Source: Chlamydiota bacterium
Lineage (GTDB): Bacteria; Auribacterota; JACPWU01
NCBI GenBank assembly: GCA_016196885.1
Contig: JACPWU010000053.1
Coordinates: forward strand, 504-32,503
DNA: 32,000 nt
Direction: 5' to 3'
The position numbers and the translations under genes were made by a program. Positions 1 to 7,641 of the stretch are shown here, piece after piece. A model generated the notes under the pieces. It did not search any database. It worked only from the letters and a program-made list of their open reading frames with translations, and was not told where the DNA came from. Position 1 is the stretch's first letter. Each line of letters opens with the position of its first letter.

Positions 1-490
1 GCGCGAAGAAGAAAAGAAATATTGTTTGAAAAAAACCTGCCTTGGCATAAAAACCCCACCGGTGTTGATAAAGGCCCTTGACGAACCAATCTGTAAATGT
101 TGACACTATTAAGAAAAGGGCACTTAGCCAATAACACCCCTTTAAGAATGTTTTCTGAGTTTTAATATCAAGAAGCGCAACCGTAATGTGGTAAAAAACA
201 GTAGGAATAAAAATAACTCCAAGATAAACAAACTTTGTCCAGAAATACGCTTCCTTAGGATCAGGAGTTGAGAAGATGATTGCATAACCAAACAACCAGA
301 GGGCAATACAGAACCACAGGAGTCCAAAAGCGATGTTGGTTTGAGAATTTCTATTTTTCAGATAAATATAAAATCCCGTCAGAGAGAAAAGGATTGAGGC
401 AACCAAATGTTGGATCGAGACAAATGTGGGTGGGTGAGAAGAGAATGAGTAGAGGGCAGCTGTAAGGCAGCTTCCCAGAAAAGCAGTCAT
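1..490 (-). CDS. Multi-pass membrane sensor-type protein, N-terminal part; ORF runs off the left edge
   Basis: ATG at 490 opens a minus-strand frame that stays open to position 1. It is absent from the ORF track because no stop lies in the window. Sequence: MTAFLGSCLTAALYSF..IAFGLLWFCIALWLFGYAIIFSTPDPKEAYFWTKFVYLGVIFIPTVFYHITVALL.. About six hydrophobic helices with an aromatic-rich pattern, like the 7TM N-terminal modules of histidine kinases or GGDEF proteins. Family call by eye only. Confidence 0.5.
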   Translation of the reverse strand, partial: MTAFLGSCLTAALYSFSSHPPTFVSIQHLVASILFSLTGFYIYLKNRNSQTNIAFGLLWFCIALWLFGYAIIFSTPDPKEAYFWTKFVYLGVIFIPTVFYHITVALLDIKTQKTFLKGCYWLSALFLIVSTFTDWFVKGLYQHRWGFYAKAGFFQTIFLFFFA

Positions 491-550
491 CAATAGCTTA
501 GAATATCTAACCGACCCGCTCGTAATCTTTCTCCTTAAAAGGGTGGAAGA

Positions 551-727
551 CTAAGGGATCTCAATCATGCCTTTAGAAAAATCAAGGATGACTTTTGCTT
601 TCTTTAGAAAATCCAGACCCAGAAGACCCTCGATCGTACTTTCGGGAGGAAGATTGTGACAAATGTGAGAGATCTTAACCTTGCTCAAGATAATTCCAAA
701 TCGCGTATCGAGTTTAAACGTCCCCAT
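551..727 (-). CDS. Retropepsin-like (clan AA) aspartic protease, C-terminal half only; probably a remnant
   Basis: 58-codon ORF, below the track cutoff: MGTFKLDTRFGIILSKVKISHICHNLPPESTIEGLLGLDFLKKAKVILDFSKGMIEIP. The GLLGxDFL motif and the tail are typical of bacterial retropepsin-like proteins. The N-terminal D-T/S-G-A catalytic part is missing. Confidence 0.4.
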   Translation of the reverse strand: MGTFKLDTRFGIILSKVKISHICHNLPPESTIEGLLGLDFLKKAKVILDFSKGMIEIP

Positions 728-730
728 GGA

Positions 731-976
731 CTAAAGCCCTTCTAAAAAGGCAGCCACATCCCCTTGAGGGAGTTTGTCTTCGGAGTACTCGACGAGAATA
801 TTGCGTCTCTCGCGTAGGGAAAAGAGGTTGTGATAAACTTCGTCTCTGTGCGGGCTGTGTGAAAGGACTCTGCCGGAAATGGGCGTGGTTGTAGACTCAT
901 CCATTTTGTCAACAACGATCAAAAGCCATCCGCGATGGTATCTTTTCTTGATGGTATCAATAAGCTCGGCCTTCAT
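731..976 (-). CDS. Hypothetical 81-aa protein upstream of the retropepsin-like fragment
   Basis: ATG-initiated ORF ending 3 nt before the next ATG (727), so it forms a two-gene unit. No family recognised with certainty. Confidence 0.45.
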   Translation of the reverse strand: MKAELIDTIKKRYHRGWLLIVVDKMDESTTTPISGRVLSHSPHRDEVYHNLFSLRERRNILVEYSEDKLPQGDVAAFLEGL

Positions 977-1198
977 TCCTCATTTCTAACATGAAAGAGG
1001 AGGTCGGGTCAAGGAGGTTATACTCACCAAAAAGTGATAAAATTGCATCCCATCGAAATTATAAATCCAGCATTTAAAAGTGTGTCTTTTATTCATGCGG
1101 GTGACGCTCGATGGGGTGCCCCACCGAGCGTCAGCAGGTCGAGACATCGGCTTTGCATTAACGCGACAATTCTACCGAGACCGATGCCGTCGGTGGGG

Positions 1199-1363
1199 CT
1201 ATCGAGCGGCAGGACCCGCTACCTCTTTAAAGGGTCGAAGAAAGTTTGCGAAATGAGCGTCCTCAATTGCTTTACGCGATACAGCCCGGTAGCTCTGGTA
1301 CTTCTCCACAACAAAGGATTGATCTTCCTTACTCCAATAAATAACGAGTTCATAACGATACAT
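1199..1363 (-). pseudogene. HicB-like antitoxin remnant with local frame disruption
   Basis: Frame 0 reads MYRYELVIYWSKEDQSFVVEKYQSYRAVSRKAIEDAHF... The canonical HicB motif EVPELPGCIA appears only in a shifted frame over 1272-1304 and ends in TAA. No hicA partner is present. Confidence 0.4.
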
Positions 1364-1412
1364 GGACTCACCTTTCCATCTCCTATTTCACCTGAATCAT
1401 CAAAGAGTGGGA

Positions 1413-3221
1413 TCACCCCGTCTTTTTCCTCTTCAGAGCCTTGCGGCGCTTGGCCCGCTCTTGATGGAGCATGATGAGTTCGGGGGCGATCTCGGTCAAC
1501 AATTTCACGGCCTTTCTTTCAATTTCTTGGGCAGAGGTTAAACTCAAAACCTCTCGAGCCAATTGCTGAACAACGGAAAAATGAACGGAGCGAATGATTT
1601 TTTTGATTTCGGGAACGGCGGAAGGACTGGTGCTCAATTCATCCAAGCCCAATCCCAATAGAATCAAGGCCATCGCAGGATCACCCGCCATCTCCCCGCA
1701 CATCCCCACCCAAATATCGGCCTCGTGGGCTGCCTCAATCACCATTTGAATGAGCCTCAGAACAGCCGGATGTGCTGGCTGATAGAGATGGGCAATTTTT
1801 TCGTTCACCCGATCTACGGCCAAAGAATATTGAATCAGATCATTCGTCCCAATGCTGAAAAAATCTACATGCTTGGCCAAGACATCCGCGGTTAAAGCTG
1901 CGGAGGGAATCTCGATCATGGCTCCCACCTCGACTTGATCGTTGAAGGGAACACCTTCTTTCTTCAACTCCCCTTTTACATCTTTCAAAACTTCATTGGC
2001 GCGAATCAATTCATCCAGGCCCGAAATCATGGGATACATCAATTTGATATTTCTAGAGGTGCTGGCCCTTAAAATAGCCCGCAATTGAACTTTAAAAATA
2101 TCCAAGCGTTCTAGGCAAAATCGAATGGCCCGCCATCCGAGGAAGGGGTTCATCTCCCTAGGGATTTCAAGATGAGAGAGAAATTTATCTCCGCCTAAAT
2201 CCAGCGTTCGAACAATCACATCATGCGGCCAAACCTTCTTGGCCACCTCTTGATAGGCCTTAAAATGTTCCTCTTCTGTGGGTAAATCAGAACGATTCAT
2301 GTAAAAAAATTCTGTTCGATAAAGCCCGACGCCATGGGCCCCATGCTCTAACACCGAATGAATGTCCTCTGGCATTTCAATGTTCGCAGAAAGCGTGATT
2401 TCATGACCATCTAATGTTTTGGCCGTTAAATCTTTTAACACCGCGAGCTTGTTTTCAAAAACAACAACCTTTTGGCGCTCCTGTTTATAACTCGCAAGGG
2501 TGGATTTGGAAGGATTGACAATCACCACCCCCCGATTTCCATCGAGGATGATGGTCTCTCCCATCTTGAGCCGAGAACTCAAATCGTGAAGACCCACCAC
2601 GGCAGGAATCTCCAGGGACCGGGCCATGATCGCCGTGTGACTGGTTTTGCTTCCAATATCGGTCACAAATCCAATCACCCGCTCCTTGTGCATCAAGGCC
2701 GTGTCAGAGGGAGAAAGATCATAGGCTGCGACAATCATTTCCTCCGGCAGATGCACCAAATCCTCCCGCTTCTTTCCCGTAAGGTTGTGGAGCACGCGCC
2801 GGCTGACGTCTCGAATGTCGCTCGATCGCTCTTTTAAATATTCATCGTTGATCTGAGAAAAAATCTCACAATATTTTTTAATCACCTGCTGAAAAACATA
2901 TTCGACATTGTATTGATCTTTTTCCAAACGCTTGATCACCTCTTCAATCAAAGCGCGGTCCTCAAGGACCATCAAATGGGCATTAAAAATCTGGGCATGC
3001 TCGACATCCAGTTTTTGAGAAATCTGCCGCTGAATGTTGAGAATCTCACGGCGGGTGGCAATGAGCGCATCTTCAAAACGCGCAATCTCCTTAGGCAAAT
3101 CCTCTTCGGAAATAGGCCTCTGTACGACAGAATCTTCTGAACTGTCGAAAATAAAGACCTTTCCGATCGCAATGCCCGGAGAAACCGCGATGCCTTTATA
3201 GCTTTTTTCTTTGGTTTTCAT
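1413..3221 (-). CDS. ptsI: Phosphoenolpyruvate-protein phosphotransferase (PTS enzyme I)
   Basis: Full-length EI pattern: KGIAVSPGIAIGKVF, GFVTDIGSKTSHTAIMARSLEIPAVVG, GTNDLIQY. Start placed at ATG 3221 (MKTKEKSYKG). The track's GTG at 3275 would translate a repeat arm. Confidence 0.93.
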   Translation of the reverse strand: MKTKEKSYKGIAVSPGIAIGKVFIFDSSEDSVVQRPISEEDLPKEIARFEDALIATRREILNIQRQISQKLDVEHAQIFNAHLMVLEDRALIEEVIKRLEKDQYNVEYVFQQVIKKYCEIFSQINDEYLKERSSDIRDVSRRVLHNLTGKKREDLVHLPEEMIVAAYDLSPSDTALMHKERVIGFVTDIGSKTSHTAIMARSLEIPAVVGLHDLSSRLKMGETIILDGNRGVVIVNPSKSTLASYKQERQKVVVFENKLAVLKDLTAKTLDGHEITLSANIEMPEDIHSVLEHGAHGVGLYRTEFFYMNRSDLPTEEEHFKAYQEVAKKVWPHDVIVRTLDLGGDKFLSHLEIPREMNPFLGWRAIRFCLERLDIFKVQLRAILRASTSRNIKLMYPMISGLDELIRANEVLKDVKGELKKEGVPFNDQVEVGAMIEIPSAALTADVLAKHVDFFSIGTNDLIQYSLAVDRVNEKIAHLYQPAHPAVLRLIQMVIEAAHEADIWVGMCGEMAGDPAMALILLGLGLDELSTSPSAVPEIKKIIRSVHFSVVQQLAREVLSLTSAQEIERKAVKLLTEIAPELIMLHQERAKRRKALKRKKTG

Positions 3222-3231
3222 GTTTTTCAAG

Positions 3232-3309
3232 ATGTGCGCATGTGCCAATGTGTCAATGTGCCAATGATAAAACACCTTATTTCATTGGCACATAGGCACA
3301 TAGGCACAG
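3232..3309. repeat. Inverted tandem-octamer element (ptsH|ptsI junction)
   Basis: Left arm ATGTGCGC ATGTGCCA ATGTGTCA ATGTGCCA ATG; A/T-rich centre ataaaacaccttattt; right arm CATTGGCA CATAGGCA CATAGGCA CAG. The innermost 8 bp are perfectly complementary. Confidence 0.85.
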
Positions 3310-3312
3310 TCG

Positions 3313-3615
3313 TTACGCCTCCCCAAACTTCTTCAAAAAAACATCCTCTAACGCCTGAACAGCCAAAGCCGCATCATCTCCCTTGGCAATAATCTTAAGC
3401 CTTGTCCCCTTGGAAGCGGCCAGCATCATGACCCCCATGATGCTTTTTCCATTGACCTTCTCACCATTCTTCTCCAAAAAAATTTCCGAGTGAAAACCAT
3501 TGGCGACCTTGACCAGCATGGCCGCAGGACGCGCATGAAGCCCCAACTCATTTTGGACCAGAAGCTCCTTCACCACCCAACCCCTTTTTTCTTTTGAATC
3601 TATTTCTCGGCTCAT
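3313..3615 (-). CDS. ptsH: Phosphocarrier protein HPr
   Basis: GLHARPA (active-site His) and GKSIMGVMML (regulatory Ser) motifs. Lies between hprK and ptsI. Confidence 0.9.
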   Translation of the reverse strand: MSREIDSKEKRGWVVKELLVQNELGLHARPAAMLVKVANGFHSEIFLEKNGEKVNGKSIMGVMMLAASKGTRLKIIAKGDDAALAVQALEDVFLKKFGEA

Positions 3616-3616
3616 A

Positions 3617-4594
3617 CTAAGATTCTTTACGATGCACGATGTTCGACGTACGATGTACGGTTTTTTTTCTCATCTGTTCAATCAGCTCTTGGTTCAAATC
3701 CCGGCTTGCATGATATCCCATCTTTCTCAAGCGTTGATTGAGAGCCGCCACCTCTACCAACAATGCCAAATCCCTTCCCGGCCTCACCGGGACCAAGACA
3801 TGAGGCAAATCCACATCAAAAAGGCGATAGAATTGTTCGTCCATTCCGAGCCGGTCATATTCTTTTTCTGATTTCCAATCCTCTAGACTCACGACCAGTT
3901 CTACTTCTTTTTCTTGCATGACACAACTGGCACCAAACAAGGTCTGAATATTGATAATCCCAAGTCCTCTCACCTCCAAGTGATGCTTCAGGAGAGGATC
4001 GCCTGTCCCCAGGAGACGACCTCCCGCTGTGTACCGAACCCGCACCACATCGTCAGAGATCAAGCGATGTCCGCGCTCAATCAAACTTAAGGCGCATTCG
4101 CTTTTACCCACCCCGCTTTCACCCCGAATCAAAACTCCCACTCCAAATACTTCCACCAAATCAGCACTCACGGCTAAAACGGCTGCAAAAATATCTTCTA
4201 GGAAAAGGGTGGCTTTATTCACCAAAATCATGGTAACAAGGGGAGAGCGAAAAACAGGAATTTCTTTTTTTTCTGCTTCCTCCACCAGTTCGGTGGGAGG
4301 AAGCATTTGCCGAGAAACGATGCAGCAAGGAACGTCTTGGTCCAGAAGTTCAATAATCCTGGAGCGGCGCAGTTGGGGATCCATGTTCTTGAGATAAATG
4401 AGCTCCACTTTCCCCAACACCTGAACGCGACGACGAGCAAAGTAATCGAAATAACCCGCCAGCGCTAAGCCCGGGCGATTGACCTCTGCAACTTTGATTC
4501 GACGCTTCAACCCGCCAAAGCCAGCGACCAGACGCAACTGCAGCGAATCCCGCGTCTTTTGAAAGAATTCCTCAACGGTGAATCCTTTACTCAA
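3617..4594 (-). CDS. hprK: HPr kinase/phosphorylase
   Basis: GVLIRGESGVGKSECALSLIERGHRLISDDVV P-loop signature. TTG start overlaps the hpf stop (TTGA). The last ~17 codons are encoded by a tandem heptamer tract. Confidence 0.92.
   Translation of the reverse strand: MSKGFTVEEFFQKTRDSLQLRLVAGFGGLKRRIKVAEVNRPGLALAGYFDYFARRRVQVLGKVELIYLKNMDPQLRRSRIIELLDQDVPCCIVSRQMLPPTELVEEAEKKEIPVFRSPLVTMILVNKATLFLEDIFAAVLAVSADLVEVFGVGVLIRGESGVGKSECALSLIERGHRLISDDVVRVRYTAGGRLLGTGDPLLKHHLEVRGLGIINIQTLFGASCVMQEKEVELVVSLEDWKSEKEYDRLGMDEQFYRLFDVDLPHVLVPVRPGRDLALLVEVAALNQRLRKMGYHASRDLNQELIEQMRKKTVHRTSNIVHRKES
3628..3660. repeat. Tandem heptamer tract without an inverted partner, inside the hprK 3' end
   Basis: TACGATG CACGATG TTCGACG TACGATG TACGG. 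It encodes the hprK tail ..TVHRTSNIVHR.. Confidence 0.8.
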
Positions 4595-5139
4595 ATCTTC
4601 ACCTTCCCCACACGGGGCTCAATCAGGCCAAAATTCCCATCTTTCTTTTTATAGACTACATTCACCGACTCACTCTGAGCGTTCAAAAAAACCAAAAAGA
4701 CATCATCTGATAATTTGAGTTGGGCCATGGCCTCCTCAGAAGACATGGGTTTGGTCGCAAATTTCCGAGCTCTGACAAGGTGGGGTTCATTCTCCTCCTC
4801 ATCCATCTCGTCGCCATCACCAGAAGAAGTCTCAAATTCCTTCTCTTTGGTTCGATGAAATTGAAGCTTGTCCTTGTACTTTTTCAACTGGCGCTGAAGT
4901 TTGTCCATGACTTTGTCAATGGAAGCCATCACATCTTCCGTTTTCTCAGCCGCACGAATCCGCGTATGATGGACAAGAATCACCACCTCCACTTTATGCT
5001 GATAGCGCTCAGAATCAAAAATGGCATGCGCCCCCGTGACCTTCGGAATATTCTTTGAAATGCGCTCAAGCTTTTCAACCAAATAAGACTTGGCCATCTT
5101 GGACACTTCTTGATGCCGACTCGTAAATGTAATATCCAC
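4591..5139 (-). CDS. hpf: Ribosome hibernation promoting factor, long form
   Basis: N-terminal S30AE/HPF domain, an acidic linker, and the C-terminal dimerisation domain (RKFATKPMSSEEAMAQLKLSDDVFLVFLN). GTG start with GGAG 8 nt upstream. Confidence 0.9.
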   Translation of the reverse strand: MDITFTSRHQEVSKMAKSYLVEKLERISKNIPKVTGAHAIFDSERYQHKVEVVILVHHTRIRAAEKTEDVMASIDKVMDKLQRQLKKYKDKLQFHRTKEKEFETSSGDGDEMDEEENEPHLVRARKFATKPMSSEEAMAQLKLSDDVFLVFLNAQSESVNVVYKKKDGNFGLIEPRVGKVKI

Positions 5140-5160
5140 ACTTTTCTCCTTTGTAAAAAA

Positions 5161-5223
5161 AAGTTGTAAGTAAGAAAATAAACTCTTTTAAAACTTAGAA
5201 CTTAAAACTTACAACTTAGAACT
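5161..5223. repeat. Inverted tandem-heptamer element with conserved core (lptB|hpf junction)
   Basis: AAGTTGT AAGTAAG / aaaataaactcttttaaaa / CTTAGAA CTTAAAA CTTACAA CTTAGAA CT. Confidence 0.8.
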
Positions 5224-5283
5224 GCTTTTCTCAGTTGATCCTACTAGAAAAAGAAGCCACGCGTCAACTAGAACAGAACGGCA

Positions 5284-6006
5284 TTACATCGAAAATTTCT
5301 CGCCCAAATAAAGTTGACGCGCTTCAGGGTCATTGGCTAAAAATTCAGAAGTCCCCGATTTCAAAACCTTTCCTTCATAAATTAAATAAGTTCGATCCGT
5401 CACGGAAAGGGTTTCACGAACATTGTGATCCGTCAAAAGAATCCCCATGCCTTTTTTTCTTAACTTCTTCAAAATTTCCTGGACATCCAAAACAGCTATA
5501 GGATCCACTCCTGAGAACGGCTCATCTAACATGAGAAAAGAAGGTTTCGTAACCAAGGCCCGTGTGATTTCAAGCCGGCGCCTTTCACCCCCTGAAAGGG
5601 TATAGGCCTTACGAGTTGCCAGGGACGTCAGTTGAAGTTCATCCATCAATTCTGCCACCCTCTTTTTTCTCTCAGAGCGGGACATGGGCAGCATTTCTAA
5701 AATGGCGAGAATATTTTCCTCGACGGTTAGGTTACGAAAAATCGATGGCTCTTGAGCCAGGTATCCCATCCCCAGCCGCGAGCGCGTAGACACGGGAATT
5801 TTACTGATATCTCTTTGCCTAAAAAAAACCTTGCCAGCACTTGGAGAAATGAGCCCCACAATCATGTAGAAGGACGTGGTCTTCCCTGCCCCATTGGGCC
5901 CTAAAAGCCCCACAATCTCCCCCTCATTCACCGTGAGATTGACCTCATTCACCACTTTTTTACGGTGATAGGCCTTTACTAAATTTTCAGTTTGAAGAAG
6001 TTGCAT
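5284..6006 (-). CDS. lptB: LPS export ABC transporter ATP-binding protein
   Basis: Walker A GPNGAGKTT, signature LSGGERRR, Walker B LMLDEP. Sits directly downstream of lptA. Confidence 0.93.
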   Translation of the reverse strand: MQLLQTENLVKAYHRKKVVNEVNLTVNEGEIVGLLGPNGAGKTTSFYMIVGLISPSAGKVFFRQRDISKIPVSTRSRLGMGYLAQEPSIFRNLTVEENILAILEMLPMSRSERKKRVAELMDELQLTSLATRKAYTLSGGERRRLEITRALVTKPSFLMLDEPFSGVDPIAVLDVQEILKKLRKKGMGILLTDHNVRETLSVTDRTYLIYEGKVLKSGTSEFLANDPEARQLYLGEKFSM

Positions 6007-6030
6007 GCTTGTTTTCCCTCACGTGAAAAC

Positions 6031-6111
6031 GGTCGTGAGTCGTGAGGGATGAGTCGTGAGTAAAAAATAAATACCTTAAAACTCACGACCCACGACCGAC
6101 GACTCACGACT
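6031..6111. repeat. Inverted tandem-heptamer element with conserved core (lptA|lptB junction)
   Basis: G GTCGTGA GTCGTGA GGGATGA GTCGTGA G / taaaaaataaataccttaaaa / CTCACGA CCCACGA CCGACGA CTCACGA CT. Confidence 0.9.
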
Positions 6112-6117
6112 GTTTTC

Positions 6118-6606
6118 CTAAAGCCATCCCTGATCCTGAGCTGACTTCTGATCCGTAGAATATAAAATGAGCTTCGCACTCGGCTCTACCAGCATACGGC
6201 TGTCATCTCGATAAAAAGTGATTTTATCTCCCGTAATGACATCTTCTCCTTTTTTGACCATGGGGTGCCCCGTCAACACCACTTTGCCATCTTTCTCTGT
6301 GTAAATCGCTTCTTCAGATTTAGCGCTTTTCTCTTCTTTGCGAAATCGAACATTCCCCTTTGCCAAGACTTTCTGAATGGTTTTTGTCCCGCTTTCAAAA
6401 TACACCGTCATTTCATTCGCTGTCATTTTCATCCGCGGATCATCTACCACCACATCCTTGTGAAAAATCGCCATGTTCTTTTCATAATCCATGTTCAACT
6501 CACCCTGACAGGTAATGGTGGTCTGAGGTGGGGTCTTCTCAGGAAAAGCCTGAACACAAATGGCCAAGAGAAACATCGCTATGAAAATACTTTTTTTTCT
6601 GTGCAT
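6118..6606 (-). CDS. lptA: LPS transport periplasmic protein LptA (OstA-like)
   Basis: Signal peptide followed by an OstA-like beta-jellyroll pattern (KGNVRF..A..A.Y......VLTGHP....GEDVITGDKITFY). Position between lptC and lptB. Confidence 0.8.
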   Translation of the reverse strand: MHRKKSIFIAMFLLAICVQAFPEKTPPQTTITCQGELNMDYEKNMAIFHKDVVVDDPRMKMTANEMTVYFESGTKTIQKVLAKGNVRFRKEEKSAKSEEAIYTEKDGKVVLTGHPMVKKGEDVITGDKITFYRDDSRMLVEPSAKLILYSTDQKSAQDQGWL

Positions 6607-6617
6607 CTTTTTAATTC

Positions 6618-7118
6618 CTACATTTCCTTAAAAGCCTTCATTTCACTGGAATCCACCACCATCTTCACATTTTTATGAATGACCGCCGTCCTCTTCAGGG
6701 TCTCCCAATACATCCCTACCCCTGTGAGTTTGAAATCGCCTCGAGTAATTTCGACAGGGGCCTCGGTCCAAACATCTCGGGTATTTTTATCCACATACCC
6801 GACAGAAGACTCAATGAAATAATCCGGTTCGTTTCTTCCATAGACAACCGCTCGAACAGGTCTTATCTCAATCTTATCATCGGATAAAAACTGGGCCTCA
6901 TCTCCCTCCACCTTCCAGCGCTTTTCATTTTCAAAACCCGGCGAGACAAACCGAAAGCCCTGTGTGATTTGATCGCCGGTTGAACCTGTTTCGACGCCAT
7001 TCACTAAAATCGGAAGAAAAAAAGAAGCACACAGCATACAGCGTACAGCGTACAAAATTAAAAGGCAAAAAGTTTTTCCGTCCGCTGTGCGCTGTACGCT
7101 GAACGCTCTCTTAAACAT
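6618..7118 (-). CDS. lptC: LptC-like LPS export component with N-terminal membrane anchor
   Basis: Size, position (kdsC-lptC-lptA-lptB) and a single N-terminal TM helix. ATG 7118 has GAGGTG upstream, whereas the track start at 7127 is TTG. Codons ~5-31 coincide with an inverted heptamer element, so the start is uncertain; the alternative is ATG 7037. Confidence 0.6.
   Translation of the reverse strand: MFKRAFSVQRTADGKTFCLLILYAVRCMLCASFFLPILVNGVETGSTGDQITQGFRFVSPGFENEKRWKVEGDEAQFLSDDKIEIRPVRAVVYGRNEPDYFIESSVGYVDKNTRDVWTEAPVEITRGDFKLTGVGMYWETLKRTAVIHKNVKMVVDSSEMKAFKEM
7028..7108. repeat. Inverted tandem-heptamer element lying inside the predicted lptC N-terminus
   Basis: ACAGCAT ACAGCGT ACAGCGT AC / aaaattaaaaggcaaaaagtttttcc / G TC CGCTGTG CGCTGTA CGCTGAA CGCTC. 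Confidence 0.85.
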
Positions 7119-7638
7119 ATTGCGCAATCACCTCTTCCCAAACCCCCTGAGCCTTCAGAATTTTCTCAACCACCTCTCGCACGGCTCCCCGTCCTCCACA
7201 AGACTGGGTCACATAAGAGGCAACCCTTTTCACCTCAGAAACGGCATTCTGGACTGCAACAGAGAAACCAACCCTTTTCAAAATTGAAATGTCAATCAAA
7301 TCATCCCCGACATAACATACTTCCTCAGGTTGAAGCCTAAAATTTCTCAAGAGATCTTCAAACGCCTCACCCTTCTCTAAACGATTTTGATAAAGGGCAT
7401 CCACCCCCAACTCTTTTGCACGTAAGAGAAGCGCCTTGGATTCTCGTGCACTGATAAAGACCGTCTTTAATCCTGCCCTCTTCGCAAGCACAATGCCAAG
7501 CCCGTCCAAGGCGTGAAAAGTCTTAAACTCTTTTCCATCGCCATCCAGGTAAATCACACCATCGGTGAGAACACCATCCACGTCGAGGGCGAGGGCTTTG
7601 ATATTCCGCAAAAGCACTGAAAGAGTTTGTTTTTTCAT
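7111..7638 (-). CDS. kdsC: 3-deoxy-D-manno-octulosonate 8-phosphate phosphatase (HAD-IIIA, YrbI family)
   Basis: LALDVDGVLTDG ... GDDLIDISIL motifs; neighbours kdsD. Confidence 0.9.
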   Translation of the reverse strand: MKKQTLSVLLRNIKALALDVDGVLTDGVIYLDGDGKEFKTFHALDGLGIVLAKRAGLKTVFISARESKALLLRAKELGVDALYQNRLEKGEAFEDLLRNFRLQPEEVCYVGDDLIDISILKRVGFSVAVQNAVSEVKRVASYVTQSCGGRGAVREVVEKILKAQGVWEEVIAQYV

Positions 7639-7641
7639 AGA

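Noticed and set aside
1097-1219. GC-rich ~120-nt island considered as a possible structured ncRNA. It is closed by GCGGGT/ACCCGC and contains a strong hairpin GACGCTCG-atggggtgccccac-CGAGCGTC.
   Set aside because: I recognise no match to any RNA family (tRNA, SRP, 6S, tmRNA or RNase P motifs are absent). Apart from one hairpin, the rest does not fold convincingly by eye. It lies where the decayed C-terminal half of the hicB-like gene would be. An Infernal/Rfam scan would settle it.
1034-1474. 146-aa plus-strand ORF from the track
   Set aside because: It uses a GTG start, has no recognisable family, runs antisense through the hicB-like remnant and into the ptsI 3' end, and its openness is explained by the GC-rich segment it crosses. 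Treated as non-coding.
3222-3275. N-terminal ORF extensions in the track: ptsI 3222-3275, gmhB 13048-13083, rfaE1 14021-14098, DUF3108 14892-14912, cyclase 16883-16942, CsgG-like 20267-20371
   Set aside because: The extensions begin at GTG or TTG codons, translate repeat arms or the 100-nt element, and precede family-typical N-termini or signal peptides that begin at internal ATGs, several of which have SD sequences.
3242-3309. TGGCAC strings in the octamer arms, considered as sigma-54 -24 boxes
   Set aside because: No TTGC follows at the required 5-nt spacing on either strand. The strings are simply part of the repeated unit (ATGTGCCA / CATTGGCA).
6031-6111. Heptamer hairpins considered as Rho-independent terminators
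   Set aside because: No T-tract follows the stems on the transcribed strand. The stems are long and imperfect, and the elements sit between tightly linked genes of one pathway, immediately before SD/ATG of the next gene. A processing or stability role is possible but I cannot call them terminators.
7484-7498. Second sigma-54-like motif on the minus strand, TGGCAT-tgtgc-TTGC, inside kdsC
   Set aside because: It lies within a conserved coding region with no nearby enhancer-like dyad. Roughly one such 10-position match can be expected by chance in a window of this size on two strands. Not reported as a promoter.
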